A stretch of 64,000 bases of DNA from positions 197,948 through 261,947 of the forward strand of contig JBJMGT010000015.1 in NCBI GenBank assembly GCA_045807745.1, written 5' to 3'. This document shows, in pieces, positions 19,285 to 29,658 of this stretch. The notes below the pieces were generated by a model. The model was not told the origin of the DNA, did not search any database, and saw only the letters and a list, made by a program, of their open reading frames with translations. The translations under genes and the position numbers were made by a program. Numbering within the stretch: position 1 is the first letter of the stretch; each line of letters opens with the position of its first letter. The stretch is from Pyrinomonadaceae bacterium (GTDB lineage: Bacteria; Acidobacteriota; Blastocatellia; Pyrinomonadales; Pyrinomonadaceae).

Positions 19285-19985
19285 TCGTCGCCCTCCCTTT
19301 CGTGTGCTCTATCCCAGAGACCTGATTGGGCGGCCACCTCCGCCGTCGTGTGCGCAACGACGGGCGAGCCGTCGCCGACGCGGGCCGGATCAAGCGTCTG
19401 CGCCGTGAGTACCTGCGAGCCGGGCACGACCAAGGCCGTTGTGCGTAGGGCTGTGCGCCGTGCCAGCGACATCGCGCCGACGAGCGCCATCAAGATCAAG
19501 ATGGACGTGATCTCAAACGGCAGCAGGTAAGTGGTGAACAACCCAGCACCGATGGACGCAGTCAACCCGACGCTCGATGGATTGAGCGCGACGACGGGGC
19601 TGTCCGGCGCGGCCGGCGCGTTGTTGACGAAGTAGAGTATGAACGCCCCTTCGGCGAAGAGCGCGGCCGCCAGCAGCACCGCGATGGGCACGAGGTAGCT
19701 CAGCCGTACAGGCTTTCTGACCTCGTCCTCAACATTTAATAACATGATGACGAAGACGACGAGCACCATGATCGCGCCCGCGTAGACGATAATCTGCACG
19801 GCGGCGATGAACGGCGCGGCGAGCGTCAGATACAGCCCGGCGAGGGCGGCGAAGACGGCGATCAGAGAGATCGCGCAATAGAGCGGGTTGCGCTGTACGA
19901 CGAGCGCAACGGCAGCGCCAATGGCCAGCCCGGCGAGCAGGAAGAAAATTATGTATGGGGCACTTTGAGTTAACGACTCAAACAT
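19281..19985 (-). CDS. nuoJ: NADH-quinone oxidoreductase subunit J with a C-terminal extension
   Basis: 234 aa with an ND6-like TM core and a ~60 aa hydrophilic tail. It overlaps nuoK by 4 nt. Confidence 0.85.
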   Translation of the reverse strand: MFESLTQSAPYIIFFLLAGLAIGAAVALVVQRNPLYCAISLIAVFAALAGLYLTLAAPFIAAVQIIVYAGAIMVLVVFVIMLLNVEDEVRKPVRLSYLVPIAVLLAAALFAEGAFILYFVNNAPAAPDSPVVALNPSSVGLTASIGAGLFTTYLLPFEITSILILMALVGAMSLARRTALRTTALVVPGSQVLTAQTLDPARVGDGSPVVAHTTAEVAAQSGLWDRAHEREGDE

Positions 19986-20021
19986 AGTTACTCGCTGCGG
20001 CCCAACTTAGACGGCGCGCAC

Positions 20022-21086
20022 TCAGGATGCGAAGAAGAACACAATCGTCGCGGTCAGGATCAAATTCAGAATCGCGACGGGCAACAGAAACTTCCAACCG
20101 AAATTCATCAACTGGTCGAAGCGGAAACGCGGCAGCGTCCCGCGCAGCCAGATGTAGAGAAACAGGAAGCAGATAACCTTGGCCAAAAAGTAGACGATGC
20201 CGAGCGCGGGGAACGTCGCCACGCCGGGGCCGTTCCAACCGCCGAAGAACATCGTCGTCGCCAGCATCGAGACAGTGAACATGTTGACGTACTCAGCCAT
20301 GAAGAAGAGCGCGAACTTCAAGGCGCTGTACTCGGTGTGGAAACCCGCGACCAACTCGGTCTCGGCCTCCGGCAGATCGAACGGCACGCGGTTCGTTTCG
20401 GCGATGGCCGAGATTAGATAGATCACAAAGCCGATAATCTGTGGGAAGACGTTCCACTTCGGGATGACATAAAACCAATAGCCTGATTGCAACTCGACAA
20501 TGTGATAAAGATCGAGCGAACTCGACAGCAGCACGACGCCGACGAGACTCAAGCCCAGCGACAGTTCATAAGAGATAAGCTGCGCCGACGCGCGCAAGCC
20601 GCCCATCAAGCTGTACTTGTTATTCGACGACCAACCCGCGAGTGCGATGCCATAGACGCCGACCGACGTGATCGCCAGCACGTACAGCAGCGCCACGTCG
20701 AAGCGCGCGACGACGAGCGGGAAGGTGATACGTGTGAAGGGGATCGTGATCTCAGGCCCGAACGGGTAGACGATGATCGGCATCAGCGCGGCCGTGATCG
20801 CCAGCATCGGCGCGAGCAGATAGATGAAGCGCGTCGACTTGTCGGGGATGATCTCTTCTTTGAAAATAAACTTCAACAGGTCAGCGAAGGGTTGCAGCAC
20901 GCCGCCCGGCCCCACGCGATTCGGGCCGACGCGCCCCTGCATGAAGCCCAGAATCCGTCGCTCGGCGAGCACCGTGTATGCCACGACCATCAACACCGCG
21001 ACGAACGCGACGTTGATGCCGATGAATTGATAAATACCCTGCGCCACCGTCGGCCCGACAAGATGATTCAGCCAGTCCATAGGCAT
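20022..21086 (-). CDS. nuoH: NADH-quinone oxidoreductase subunit H
   Basis: ND1-like polytopic protein. The ATG at 21084-21086 is used, because the track start is TTG 21089. It is followed 36 bp later by nuoJ with no nuoI in between. Confidence 0.9.
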   Translation of the reverse strand: MPMDWLNHLVGPTVAQGIYQFIGINVAFVAVLMVVAYTVLAERRILGFMQGRVGPNRVGPGGVLQPFADLLKFIFKEEIIPDKSTRFIYLLAPMLAITAALMPIIVYPFGPEITIPFTRITFPLVVARFDVALLYVLAITSVGVYGIALAGWSSNNKYSLMGGLRASAQLISYELSLGLSLVGVVLLSSSLDLYHIVELQSGYWFYVIPKWNVFPQIIGFVIYLISAIAETNRVPFDLPEAETELVAGFHTEYSALKFALFFMAEYVNMFTVSMLATTMFFGGWNGPGVATFPALGIVYFLAKVICFLFLYIWLRGTLPRFRFDQLMNFGWKFLLPVAILNLILTATIVFFFAS

Positions 21087-21090
21087 CAAA

Positions 21091-21177
21091 GGATGAAGAA
21101 TGAAGGATGAAGGATGAATAAGTACAAAGCTCGTTCATCCGTCTTGTCTTCATCCCTCATCCTTCATCCTTCATCCT
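21091..21177. repeat. heptamer-tandem hairpin (GGATGAA type) between nuoG and nuoH
   Basis: ggatgaagaatgaaggatgaaggatgaa - loop - ttcatccctcatccttcatccttcatcc. It abuts the nuoH start codon. Confidence 0.75.
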
Positions 21178-21182
21178 TTCTT

Positions 21183-23474
21183 TCAGTCTCCCGCGACCGC
21201 TTCGGCGCGGCGCAATGATGTGTCAACCGTTAGCTGGTAGAGCGGCGAAATGAGCACCGTCGGCGGCTTGGGGTTGCCAGCGTAGAGCAGAGGGAACTGT
21301 GGCGTCTTGCTCGTCAGCGTGCCGGGCTTGAATAACTCGTGCCCGACCTTTGGTGTCTCCGTCTGGCGCGCGCCGGATGCTGGCAGTTGCTGTACTCGTT
21401 GGCGCACCTCGTTCAGCGCGGCAGACACATCGCGCCTGCCCGCGAGTGCGTGCTTAACCTGCACGGGCTGGCTCTCATCTTTCAGCAGCGGAAAGCGCAA
21501 GCCCGCATACGCCGGCACGTGCTCGGCGAGTTCGCGGAAGACGGCGCTTGCGGACATCTGGAAGCCAAAGTCTGCGTTGAGTGCGGCGGCGAGCGCGCTT
21601 GTGATCATCCAGTCGGGGCGCGCCTGATGGACGGGCGGAATAGACTGGCGCACACGCTGTACCTGACCCGCGTTGTTCGTATATGTGCCGTCCGTCTCGG
21701 CGAACGAGGCAGCGGGGAAGACGACATCAGCGAGCGCGGTTGTCTCCGTTTCAAATAGCTCCTGCACTACTATGAAGTCGAGTTGGCTGAGCGCCTCTTC
21801 ACGCCCGCTCAGTTGTTCAGGCAGCAAGCTGCCTGCGACATAGAGCGCGCGCAAACCTTGCCCCGCTTGATCGAGCAACTGCTGGACGCTCAAACGGTTG
21901 TTCATTAAACCGATGTCGTGCACGCCCACGCTGTTGTTGTAGAGCGGCAGCGGGTGGAATAGAAAACGACGACCGGCGCGCTCGCCCAGCGTTTGCGGCA
22001 ACTGCGCGAGCACTGTCTGAGCCGCCGCGCTCAACTCGCCGCCGAAAAGCAAGACGCAATCACCCTGCGTTTCGTCGATCAGACGGCGCACGTCTGCAAG
22101 AGCTTCCGCTTTGACGCCGAGCTTGCCGGCCGCCGTCTCATCATCTTCAGCGCCCGCGAGCGCGAGCACGGCCGCGTCCTCCGCGCCGGGGTTGATGTGG
22201 ATGAACTGCGCAGCCTGCTCTTTCAGGCGAATGGGCACGCTGTTGATGATGACGAGCCGCGCGCCGCCGTTCCTGACCGCTTGCCTGATCTGTCGGCCCG
22301 TCAACGGTTGCAACTCTTCCGGCTCGCCGCCAATCAAGATGATCGTCTTTGCGTGGCGTATCTCAGCATGTGTTGCGATGGGCGCGCCCAAGTGCGCAAA
22401 GAAGGGCGCGAGCGAGAAGGCGTCCGAAGCTGTGAAATTTTCAGTCCCGATGACTTCGCGCGCGAATTTCAACAGCGCGTAGTTCGCCTCGTTCGTCAGG
22501 CGCGGACTGCCGATGATGCCGAAGGCGTCAGCGCCGTGTTGCTCGCCGATGGCGCGCATCTTCTGGGCCGTGAAATCCAGCGCTTCGTCCCACGTCGCCG
22601 GGATCAACTTGCCGCCCTTACGATAGCGAATCAGCGGCGTCTTGATGCGCTCTTCGTGATTGATGAATGGGTGCGCGAAGCGCCCCTTGATGCACAGAAA
22701 CTCGCCGTTGATGCCGTCGACATAACGATCACGCGCGACCGCGCGCATCACTTCACCGGCGCGCGCGCCCAAAGACATCTGGCAGCCGTCCGAACAGAAT
22801 GTGCAAGTCGTGATCGTCTGCGCCAATTCCCAAGGGCGCGCTTGATGTCTGTAGGTCGCATCGAGCAGCGTCCCCGTCGGGCAGACCTCTATGCAGTTGC
22901 CGCATTGCGAGCAGTTGAGCCAACCATCGTATGTGCCGATGACCGTATGCGCGCCGCGCCCGCCCGCTTCGATGGCGTCCTCGCCCATCCACTCGTCGCA
23001 GACGCGCGTGCAGCGTTTGCACAGGATGCAACGCTGCGGATCGTTTGCGACCACGGGCGAGAGGAATTTTTCCGGCGCGTAGTTTTTCTTCTCGCGGAAA
23101 CGCTCTTCGAGGCCACCCCAATCAAAAACCATCTCCTGCAACTCGCACTCGCCGCCGCGATCACAGACCGGACAATCGAGCGGGTGATTGGCGAGCAGGA
23201 ACTCGACCATCGCGCGTTGCGCCTTCTCGATCTCTTCCGATTCGGTTGTGACGATCATGCCGTCCGTGCAAGTGATCGTGCAGGACGTTTGCAACTTGGG
23301 CATCTTCTCGATCCGCACTAGGCACATGCGACACGAGGCTTGCAGCGCGAGATCGGCGTAGTAACAGAAGGACGGGACGGCGTGGCCATTTGTGCGGCAT
23401 ACGTCGATCAGGCGCGCGCCTTTCTCGACTTCGTAAACGTTGCCGTTGATCGTGACTTTGACGAGATCAGCCAT
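21183..23474 (-). CDS. nuoG: NADH-quinone oxidoreductase subunit G (75 kDa Fe-S / molybdopterin-like)
   Basis: 763 aa. N-terminal 2Fe-2S and 4Fe-4S Cys clusters (CRMCLV, CPVCDRGGEC, CILCKRCTRVC) and a molybdopterin-oxidoreductase-like body. Confidence 0.9.
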   Translation of the reverse strand: MADLVKVTINGNVYEVEKGARLIDVCRTNGHAVPSFCYYADLALQASCRMCLVRIEKMPKLQTSCTITCTDGMIVTTESEEIEKAQRAMVEFLLANHPLDCPVCDRGGECELQEMVFDWGGLEERFREKKNYAPEKFLSPVVANDPQRCILCKRCTRVCDEWMGEDAIEAGGRGAHTVIGTYDGWLNCSQCGNCIEVCPTGTLLDATYRHQARPWELAQTITTCTFCSDGCQMSLGARAGEVMRAVARDRYVDGINGEFLCIKGRFAHPFINHEERIKTPLIRYRKGGKLIPATWDEALDFTAQKMRAIGEQHGADAFGIIGSPRLTNEANYALLKFAREVIGTENFTASDAFSLAPFFAHLGAPIATHAEIRHAKTIILIGGEPEELQPLTGRQIRQAVRNGGARLVIINSVPIRLKEQAAQFIHINPGAEDAAVLALAGAEDDETAAGKLGVKAEALADVRRLIDETQGDCVLLFGGELSAAAQTVLAQLPQTLGERAGRRFLFHPLPLYNNSVGVHDIGLMNNRLSVQQLLDQAGQGLRALYVAGSLLPEQLSGREEALSQLDFIVVQELFETETTALADVVFPAASFAETDGTYTNNAGQVQRVRQSIPPVHQARPDWMITSALAAALNADFGFQMSASAVFRELAEHVPAYAGLRFPLLKDESQPVQVKHALAGRRDVSAALNEVRQRVQQLPASGARQTETPKVGHELFKPGTLTSKTPQFPLLYAGNPKPPTVLISPLYQLTVDTSLRRAEAVAGD

Positions 23475-23485
23475 TCGTTACAACC

Positions 23486-24844
23486 TTAGACCGTAGTGAG
23501 CGCGCCCTTTTCCTGTTCAGCTTGCGCGATGAGCGGGAGCAGATGGCGCTTGAAATCTTCCGGAAACTTTTTGAGCGCCGATTGAATGGGCCAAGCCGCG
23601 GCGTCGCCGAGCGGGCAGAACGATTTGCCCTCGATGTTGTCGCAGATGTCCAAGAGCAGTTGCGCGTCTTCGGGTTGGCCTTCGCCTTTGGCGATGCGCT
23701 TGAAGACTTTGACGAGCCAGTCCGTGCCTTCGCGGCAGGGCGTGCACCAGCCGCACGACTCATGTTTGTAGAACTCGGTCAGATTCTTCGTGGACTCGAA
23801 GATGTCCACCGTGTCGTCCATCACGATGAAGCCGCCCGAACCGACCATCGAGCCGGCCGCGACCAAGCCCTCGTAGTCCATCTTCACTTTTTTGCCGACG
23901 ATGTCCGCCGCCGGCATGATGTAAACGCTTGAACCGCCCGGTATGACCGCCTTCAGTTGCCGCCCGCCCGTAATCCCTTGGCAGTCCACCATGATGAACT
24001 TCTCCATGTCGTCATAACCCATCGGCAGTTCATAGACGCCGGGGCGTTTAACGTGACCGGAGACAGACCAGAGCTTTGTGCCGCCGCTCTTTTCCGTGCC
24101 GAGTTTTTGATAAGCCTCGCCGCCCAGCTTGATGATGTCGGGCACGGCCGTCAGCGTCTCGACGTTGTTGACGACGGTCGGCGCGGCGTAGAGACCAGAG
24201 ACGGCGGGGAAGGGCGGTTTCATACGCGGGTGACCGCGCATGCCTTCGAGCGAACTCAAGAGCGCCGTCTCCTCGCCACAGATGTACGCGCCCGCGCCCG
24301 TGTGCGTGTAGATTTCGCACGCGAAGCCAGTGCCTAAAATCTTTTCGCCGAGCAAGCCGGCGGCGCGGGCTTCAGCCAGCGCCTCGTCCATGATGTTGAT
24401 GAGATAGCGATACTCGCCGCGCGTGTAGATGTAATTGGTGCGCGCGCCGAGCGCGTAAGCAGCGATGAGCATGCCCTCGATCAGCATGTGCGGATCGAGT
24501 TCCATCAGATAGCGATCCTTGAATGTGCCCGGCTCGGACTCGTCCGCGTTGCAGACAACGTACTTCGGCTTCGGCGAATCCTTCGGCACAAAGCTCCACT
24601 TCATGCCGGTGGGAAAACCCGCGCCGCCGCGCCCACGCAAAGCGGACTTCTTCACTTCATTAATCACGTCGTCCGGCGACATGCCATTGAGAACTTTTTG
24701 CAACGCCTCGTAACCGCCGTTGCGCCGGTAGACGTCGAGCGAGCGCGAACGTTCGAGATGAACGCGCTTGAGTTGGAGCGGCTCGCAGCCGATAGCACCG
24801 ATAAACATAATCTTTAGCAGGGAAGAGAGCGGCTCGATGAGCAA
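23486..24844 (-). CDS. nuoF: NADH-quinone oxidoreductase subunit F (NADH/FMN-binding 51 kDa)
   Basis: [18 protein letters not shown] region. The C-terminal 4Fe-4S motif region [12 protein letters not shown] is present. Confidence 0.95.
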   Translation of the reverse strand: MLIEPLSSLLKIMFIGAIGCEPLQLKRVHLERSRSLDVYRRNGGYEALQKVLNGMSPDDVINEVKKSALRGRGGAGFPTGMKWSFVPKDSPKPKYVVCNADESEPGTFKDRYLMELDPHMLIEGMLIAAYALGARTNYIYTRGEYRYLINIMDEALAEARAAGLLGEKILGTGFACEIYTHTGAGAYICGEETALLSSLEGMRGHPRMKPPFPAVSGLYAAPTVVNNVETLTAVPDIIKLGGEAYQKLGTEKSGGTKLWSVSGHVKRPGVYELPMGYDDMEKFIMVDCQGITGGRQLKAVIPGGSSVYIMPAADIVGKKVKMDYEGLVAAGSMVGSGGFIVMDDTVDIFESTKNLTEFYKHESCGWCTPCREGTDWLVKVFKRIAKGEGQPEDAQLLLDICDNIEGKSFCPLGDAAAWPIQSALKKFPEDFKRHLLPLIAQAEQEKGALTTV

Positions 24845-24865
24845 GCGATCAAATCAAACGCTTAC

Positions 24866-25435
24866 TTATCGAACCTTCACGCTAAACACGTACTCGTCAC
24901 GCTCGCAGGCGTCTAGTAGTTCGTCAACCTTCTCGGTCGTCAGATTCTCGTGATAGTCAAACCCAAGCTGCAACATCGGGGCTGTCCCGCACGAGCCGAG
25001 ACATTCAACTTCGGAGAGCGTGAACTTGCCGTCCGGCGTCGTCTCGCCCGGCTTGATGCCAAGCCGCTTAGCACACTGTTCAGTCACACGCCCCGCACCC
25101 ATAATCTTGCACGACAGCGTGCGACAGACCTGTAGGTGGTACTTGCCGACCGGTTGCATGTAGAGCATCGAGTAGAACGTCGCAGTCTCCCACACGTCCG
25201 TGATGCGCACGCCCAATCTATCGGCGAGATAGGCCACGCCCGGCTTGTCGAGCCAACCGCGCTCGCGTTGCACGATGAACATCAACGGCAACATCGCCGA
25301 GCGTCGGCGCTCCGCCGGATACTTGGCCAGATGCCGGTCGATCTCCGCCTCGACCGCGGCCGAGAAGTGCGCGATCTCTTCCGGCACTTTCGCCTCCTGC
25401 GGCAGAGGGTTATGCGGCGTGAATTGCTCACTCAT
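24866..25435 (-). CDS. nuoE: NADH-quinone oxidoreductase subunit E (24 kDa, 2Fe-2S)
   Basis: Thioredoxin-like 2Fe-2S subunit with the cysteine pattern C..C....C..C (CRTLSC, CLGSCG). Confidence 0.9.
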   Translation of the reverse strand: MSEQFTPHNPLPQEAKVPEEIAHFSAAVEAEIDRHLAKYPAERRRSAMLPLMFIVQRERGWLDKPGVAYLADRLGVRITDVWETATFYSMLYMQPVGKYHLQVCRTLSCKIMGAGRVTEQCAKRLGIKPGETTPDGKFTLSEVECLGSCGTAPMLQLGFDYHENLTTEKVDELLDACERDEYVFSVKVR

Positions 25436-25437
25436 AC

Positions 25438-25523
25438 GATTTCGGAATGCGGAATGCGGATTGTGGAATGAAGCGAGCGCGATTGCTGTTTAACCGCAAT
25501 CCGCATTCCGAAATCCGCAATTG
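25438..25523. repeat. heptamer-tandem hairpin (GGAATGC type) between nuoD and nuoE
   Basis: tttcggaatgcggaatgcggattg...gcaatccgcattccgaaatccgc. It lies between the nuoD stop (25526) and the nuoE start (25435). Confidence 0.7.
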
Positions 25524-25525
25524 CT

Positions 25526-26746
25526 TTATCGATCAATCTCACCCAACACGATATCAATCGAGCCAATGATGGCGACCACATCGGCGATCATCTCGCCCTC
25601 ACACATGTGGGGCAGCGCCGAGAGATTGACGAAACTGGGGCCGCGGAAATGCACGCGCGCAGGCTTCGGCCCGCCGTCGGACTTGACGTAGACGCCCAAC
25701 TCGCCCTTCGACGCCTCGATGGCGTGATAGACCTCGCCCGCCGGGACGTTGAAGCCTTCGGCGACGATCAGGAAGTGATGTATGAGCGCGTCCATGTGCG
25801 TCTTCATCGCTTCGCGGTCGGGCAGCACGACCTTGGGCGCGTCCGCTTTGACGGGGCCGGGTTTTAGTTTGCCGAGCGCTTGGCGTGAAATCTTCCACGA
25901 CTCATGCATCTCGCGCATGCGCACCATGTAACGCGACCACACATCGCCGACCGTCTCAACCGGAATCTCAAAGTCGTATTGCTCGTAACCCGAATATGGA
26001 TTGGCCCGGCGGAGGTCAACGGCGACGCCGCTCGCGCGCAAAGACGGCCCAGTCAGGCCCAGATCGATAGCGTCTTCGGCCGAGACGATCCCGATCCCTT
26101 GCGTGCGCCTCTGGAAAATCCGATTGCCGGTGAGCAAGTTGTGAAACTCTTCGAGCGCGGGCGGGAATTTATCAATGAACTGTTGGACGCGGCGATCAAA
26201 CCCGGCCGGCAAGTCCATCATCAATCCGCCGATGCGGAAATAAGACGGCGTCAGCCGCCCGCCCGATGCCGCCTCGATCAAGTTCAGAATCTTCTCGCGC
26301 TCGCGGAAGCAGTAAAAGAAAACCGTCATCGCGCCAAGGTCAAGTGCGTGTGTGCCGAGCCAGACGAGGTGCGAAGCGATGCGTTGCAACTCGCACATCA
26401 TGACGCGTATGACCTGCGCGCGTTCGGGTATCTCAAGCCCCAACAACTTCTCGACCGCCATCACGTAAGCGAGGTTGTTGCCGAGCGGGTTGAGATAGTC
26501 CATCCGGTCGGTGATGACGATGCCTTGCTGATACTTTTTGTACTCGAACAGCTTCTCCATCCCCGTGTGGAGGTAGCCGATGTCGGGCGTACACTTGACG
26601 ACCATCTCCCCGTCCAGCACCAACTCAAGCCGCAACACGCCGTGCGTCGAAGGGTGCTGCGGCCCCATCGAGATCGTCATCTGCGTATCCAGCGGACGAT
26701 CAACTACCTCGAATTGTGGCGGCAAGTTTGTGGTTGTGGCACTCAT
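25526..26746 (-). CDS. nuoD: NADH-quinone oxidoreductase subunit D (49 kDa)
   Basis: Conserved NuoD core. Start re-placed at MSATTTNLPPQFEV (ATG 26744-26746), because the 22 aa N-terminal extension in the track is a translation of the GTGCTGA hairpin. Confidence 0.9.
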   Translation of the reverse strand: MSATTTNLPPQFEVVDRPLDTQMTISMGPQHPSTHGVLRLELVLDGEMVVKCTPDIGYLHTGMEKLFEYKKYQQGIVITDRMDYLNPLGNNLAYVMAVEKLLGLEIPERAQVIRVMMCELQRIASHLVWLGTHALDLGAMTVFFYCFREREKILNLIEAASGGRLTPSYFRIGGLMMDLPAGFDRRVQQFIDKFPPALEEFHNLLTGNRIFQRRTQGIGIVSAEDAIDLGLTGPSLRASGVAVDLRRANPYSGYEQYDFEIPVETVGDVWSRYMVRMREMHESWKISRQALGKLKPGPVKADAPKVVLPDREAMKTHMDALIHHFLIVAEGFNVPAGEVYHAIEASKGELGVYVKSDGGPKPARVHFRGPSFVNLSALPHMCEGEMIADVVAIIGSIDIVLGEIDR

Positions 26747-26754
26747 CGTTAAAA

Positions 26755-26826
26755 GTGCTGAGTGCTGAGTGCTGAGTGCTGAGTCTGAGCTTTGACACTC
26801 AGCACTCAGCACTCAGCACTCAGCAC
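26755..26826. repeat. perfect heptamer-tandem hairpin (GTGCTGA)x4 - loop - (TCAGCAC)x4 between nuoC and nuoD
   Basis: gtgctgagtgctgagtgctgagtgctga gtctgagctttgacac tcagcactcagcactcagcactcagcac. A 28-bp perfect stem that directly abuts the nuoC stop (26827) and the nuoD start (26746). Confidence 0.85.
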
Positions 26827-27372
26827 TTAAGTTAAGCTGTACGGCTCGTAGCCGCGCAGCGGAAAATCTTTGCGGAGCGCATGTCCCTGCCAGTCGTCGG
26901 GCAGGAGAATGCGGCGCAAGTCTGGGTGACCATCAAAGACGATGCCCAGCAGATCGAAGGTCTCGCGTTCGTGCCAGTTGGCCGTGCGCCAGACGCCGGT
27001 GACAGTGGGCACATGCGCGTCGTCTTCGTCTAGTAAAACTTTCAGGCGCAGCCGGTGATATTTCGTTGTCGAGAACAGATGATAGTTGACGGCGAAGCGC
27101 GGCTCTTCTTCCGGGCCATTATCCGTGCCGCAAAGATCGGCGAGCAGGTTAAACTCCAAACCCGGCGTCGTCTTCAAGTATGAACAGATCGTGACGATCT
27201 GCTCGCGCGGCACGATGACTGTGATCTCGCCGAAAGCCTGCATGACATCGGCGACCCATTCGGCGTGCTCCTGTCGCAGCGACTCGATGAGCGGCAGCAG
27301 CGCCGGATATTCCAACGGCGTCCCCGTAGTCTCTTCGGCCAAACTCTGTGCGCGCGCAATATCTTGGCTCAT
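26827..27372 (-). CDS. nuoC: NADH-quinone oxidoreductase subunit C (30 kDa)
   Basis: Conserved NuoC. Start re-placed at MSQDIARAQ (ATG 27370-27372). The track's N-terminal extension translates the TTGTCCG repeat. Confidence 0.88.
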   Translation of the reverse strand: MSQDIARAQSLAEETTGTPLEYPALLPLIESLRQEHAEWVADVMQAFGEITVIVPREQIVTICSYLKTTPGLEFNLLADLCGTDNGPEEEPRFAVNYHLFSTTKYHRLRLKVLLDEDDAHVPTVTGVWRTANWHERETFDLLGIVFDGHPDLRRILLPDDWQGHALRKDFPLRGYEPYSLT

Positions 27373-27475
27373 TGTCCGTTGTCCGTTGTCCGTTGTCCGT
27401 TGCTCAAGCTCATCCGTTGCCGCTAACAACTACAAGCATAACGACGGACAACTGACCACTGACAACGGGCAGTCT
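27373..27475. repeat. heptamer-tandem imperfect hairpin (TTGTCCG/CGGACAA type) between nuoB and nuoC
   Basis: (ttgtccg)x4 at 27373-27400, paired with gacggacaactgaccactgacaacggg at ~27443-27469. On the mRNA the run AACGGACAACGGACAACGGACAACGGACA is directly 5' of the nuoC ATG. Confidence 0.65.
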
Positions 27476-28123
27476 TTACGACGACTTCCGCCGCTCGTGC
27501 CGCGAAGGGATCGTGTAGGGGCGTGAAATCGGCAGTTGCGTAGGGCTATCGGCGGCTGCCTCGTTCGTGGCGGAGACGCCGCCGGCGGGCAACGTACCGG
27601 GCGGTACGGCCTCGCGCGCCTCTTCGCGTTGCACATCATGACGGTCGCGCAAGCTTTCTTTCATCACCTTGTCTTGCAGCATCATGACCGCATGAATCAA
27701 CATTTCGGGGCGCGGCGGGCAACCCGGTATGTACACGTCCACAGGCACGACCTTATCTACGCCCTGCACGATGGCGTAGTTGTCGAACACACCGCCCGAC
27801 GTGGCGCACGCACCCATCGAGATGACCCACTTCGGCTCCGGCATCTGATCGTAGATGCGGCGCAGCACCGGAGCCATCTTGCGCGAGACGCGGCCCGAGA
27901 CGATCATCACGTCCGCTTGGCGCGGGCTGGCGCGAAAGACTTCCGAGCCGAAGCGGGCGAGATCGTTACGCGCGCTCGTCGCGTTCATCATTTCGATGGC
28001 GCAGCAGGCGAGACCGAACGTCGCCGGCCACAGAGAAGACTTGCGTGCCCAGTTGACCAACGAATCAAGCTTCGTCGTCAACACTTCCGGCAACGCTTCG
28101 GCCAGCACATTATCGAGACCCAT
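27476..28123 (-). CDS. nuoB: NADH-quinone oxidoreductase subunit B (20 kDa, N2 cluster) with a C-terminal extension
   Basis: CCAIEM and GCPPRP Fe-S ligand motifs. A ~50 aa C-terminal tail. A canonical SD GGAGG lies 7 nt upstream of the start. Confidence 0.92.
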   Translation of the reverse strand: MGLDNVLAEALPEVLTTKLDSLVNWARKSSLWPATFGLACCAIEMMNATSARNDLARFGSEVFRASPRQADVMIVSGRVSRKMAPVLRRIYDQMPEPKWVISMGACATSGGVFDNYAIVQGVDKVVPVDVYIPGCPPRPEMLIHAVMMLQDKVMKESLRDRHDVQREEAREAVPPGTLPAGGVSATNEAAADSPTQLPISRPYTIPSRHERRKSS

Positions 28124-28137
28124 AAAACCTCCGACTT

Positions 28138-28611
28138 TCAGGCGGCGCGTTTCACCGTAACCGCGCGCCCCTCTTGCACAGCCAGCGCCCGCGCTTCCGC
28201 TTCGGCTTCACGCCGCGCCCGCTCGTTCCAATCGAACAGCCCCTTCTTCCACACGTAGACATAGCCGACCAACAAGAGCGCAATGAAGATCATCATCTCG
28301 CCGAAGATGATTGCGCTGGCAGGCCCGCCCGCATGCACAAATTGTCGGAAGACGACCGCCCACGGCATCAGAAAGATCAATTCAATATCGAAGAGGATAA
28401 AGATCATCGCGATCAAGTAGAATTTGACCGAGAAGCGTTCGCGCGCCGAGCCGACCGGGTCTTTGCCGCACTCGTAGGGCATCAACTTTGTGCGCGTCGG
28501 CTTGCGTTGCCCGACGTACTGCGACAAGAGTATGTTGCCGCCCGCAAAGCCGCCAGCCACGCCAAGCATCAAAAGGATCGGCAGGTAATCCATCAAGGCA
28601 AAGTTACGCAC
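28138..28611 (-). CDS. nuoA: NADH-quinone oxidoreductase subunit A with a C-terminal Ala/Glu-rich tail
   Basis: ND3-like protein with three TM helices. First gene of the operon. A divergent intergenic region lies upstream. Confidence 0.88.
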   Translation of the reverse strand: MRNFALMDYLPILLMLGVAGGFAGGNILLSQYVGQRKPTRTKLMPYECGKDPVGSARERFSVKFYLIAMIFILFDIELIFLMPWAVVFRQFVHAGGPASAIIFGEMMIFIALLLVGYVYVWKKGLFDWNERARREAEAEARALAVQEGRAVTVKRAA

Positions 28612-28715
28612 ACCGGCCTCCTGTCAGCTTAGGCTGCAACGAGCGCGAATTGAGCTTGAGAATCATGTAACAAGCGCATGGTAGTGCAACGTAGGGGGGC
28701 TGTCAAGCAACTCGT

Positions 28716-29636
28716 ATGAGCGGCGCAAAAGCCTCTGGCGCAAGGAGATTGACCCTCTTCGGAGCGCTGTGTTACTGTTTTTGCCGGCGCACGCGCGAGG
28801 CGTTTTCACACGTATCCGGCGCGGGCCATCTTCAACCGACGAGTTGCTTGCCTGAGAGCGTCGTGATTACCGGATTCAACACAGACATCGAGCATAACGG
28901 CACGATCTATCACGTCCAGACCGAAGATAAGGGTCTGCGCTCGCCCATTATCCTGTCGCTCATCTACGTCGGTGGCGAGATACTCGCGAGCAAGCGTGCA
29001 CCCTATGACGATCTCGTCGCCAATGGTTTCAACGCGCAAGTGCTCGCCGAGCGCCTGCAACGCCAGCACAAACTGATCTGCGCCGCCATCAGCGCCGGCC
29101 GCATCAACGATCTCAAGCGCATGCAACAGCGCGAGACCGTACACGCGCAACCGGAGGTATTAGAGACGCAGCCTGCGTTGGCTGACGTTAAGCAAGTACC
29201 GGCCGGGACGGCTATGGATGAGCCGCCGATTGAGTTGCCCTTCAGCGCGTTGCCACACGCGGAGGCGAACGCTGGCGGCGAGTTGCCGGTTCAGCAAACT
29301 GCAGCACCGGAATTCTTGCACGTCGAAGCGGAACAGGCGCTGCACCTGAGTCTGCTGGAAGAACGGGAGTTTCGCGCGGGTGAAGTGGTAACGATCCGCG
29401 TGCGCGTCGGCACGGGGCCGGTGGAGAACCGCGTGGCCGTCGCCAACGCGGAAGTCACGGTTAAGATTCTCGGCTCGGAATTTCGCCCGCTCATCCTCCG
29501 CAGTAAGACGGATATAGACGGTGTGGCGTTGGTGCACGCGTGGCTGCCGCGTTTCACTACGGGGCGCGCTGCTATTCTGATCCGCGCCGTCTCAGGCGAC
29601 TATGCGGCCGAGTTGCGCCGCGCCATACACCACTGA
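28716..29636 (+). CDS. hypothetical protein; start uncertain
   Basis: 306 aa ORF. The N-terminal 50 aa look non-coding. A plausible start is GTG near 28866 ([24 protein letters not shown]). No recognisable motif. Confidence 0.35.
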   Translation: MSGAKASGARRLTLFGALCYCFCRRTREAFSHVSGAGHLQPTSCLPESVVITGFNTDIEHNGTIYHVQTEDKGLRSPIILSLIYVGGEILASKRAPYDDLVANGFNAQVLAERLQRQHKLICAAISAGRINDLKRMQQRETVHAQPEVLETQPALADVKQVPAGTAMDEPPIELPFSALPHAEANAGGELPVQQTAAPEFLHVEAEQALHLSLLEEREFRAGEVVTIRVRVGTGPVENRVAVANAEVTVKILGSEFRPLILRSKTDIDGVALVHAWLPRFTTGRAAILIRAVSGDYAAELRRAIHH

Positions 29637-29658
29637 GCCAGGGAGGGGGGCGGCGTTA

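Noticed and set aside
26747-26812. N-terminal extensions of the nuoD (to 26812) and nuoC (to 27429) ORFs
   Set aside because: The extra residues (MLSAECQSSDSALSTQHSALLT; ...TTDNGQRT) are literal translations of the heptamer hairpins. Conserved NuoD/NuoC N-termini begin at the internal Met residues.
21091-27475. Heptamer tandem repeats as a CRISPR array or as satellite DNA
   Set aside because: The units are 7 bp with no spacers. Each array is immediately followed by its own reverse complement, forming a hairpin, and each is confined to short intergenic gaps. This is inconsistent with CRISPR or ordinary tandem repeats.
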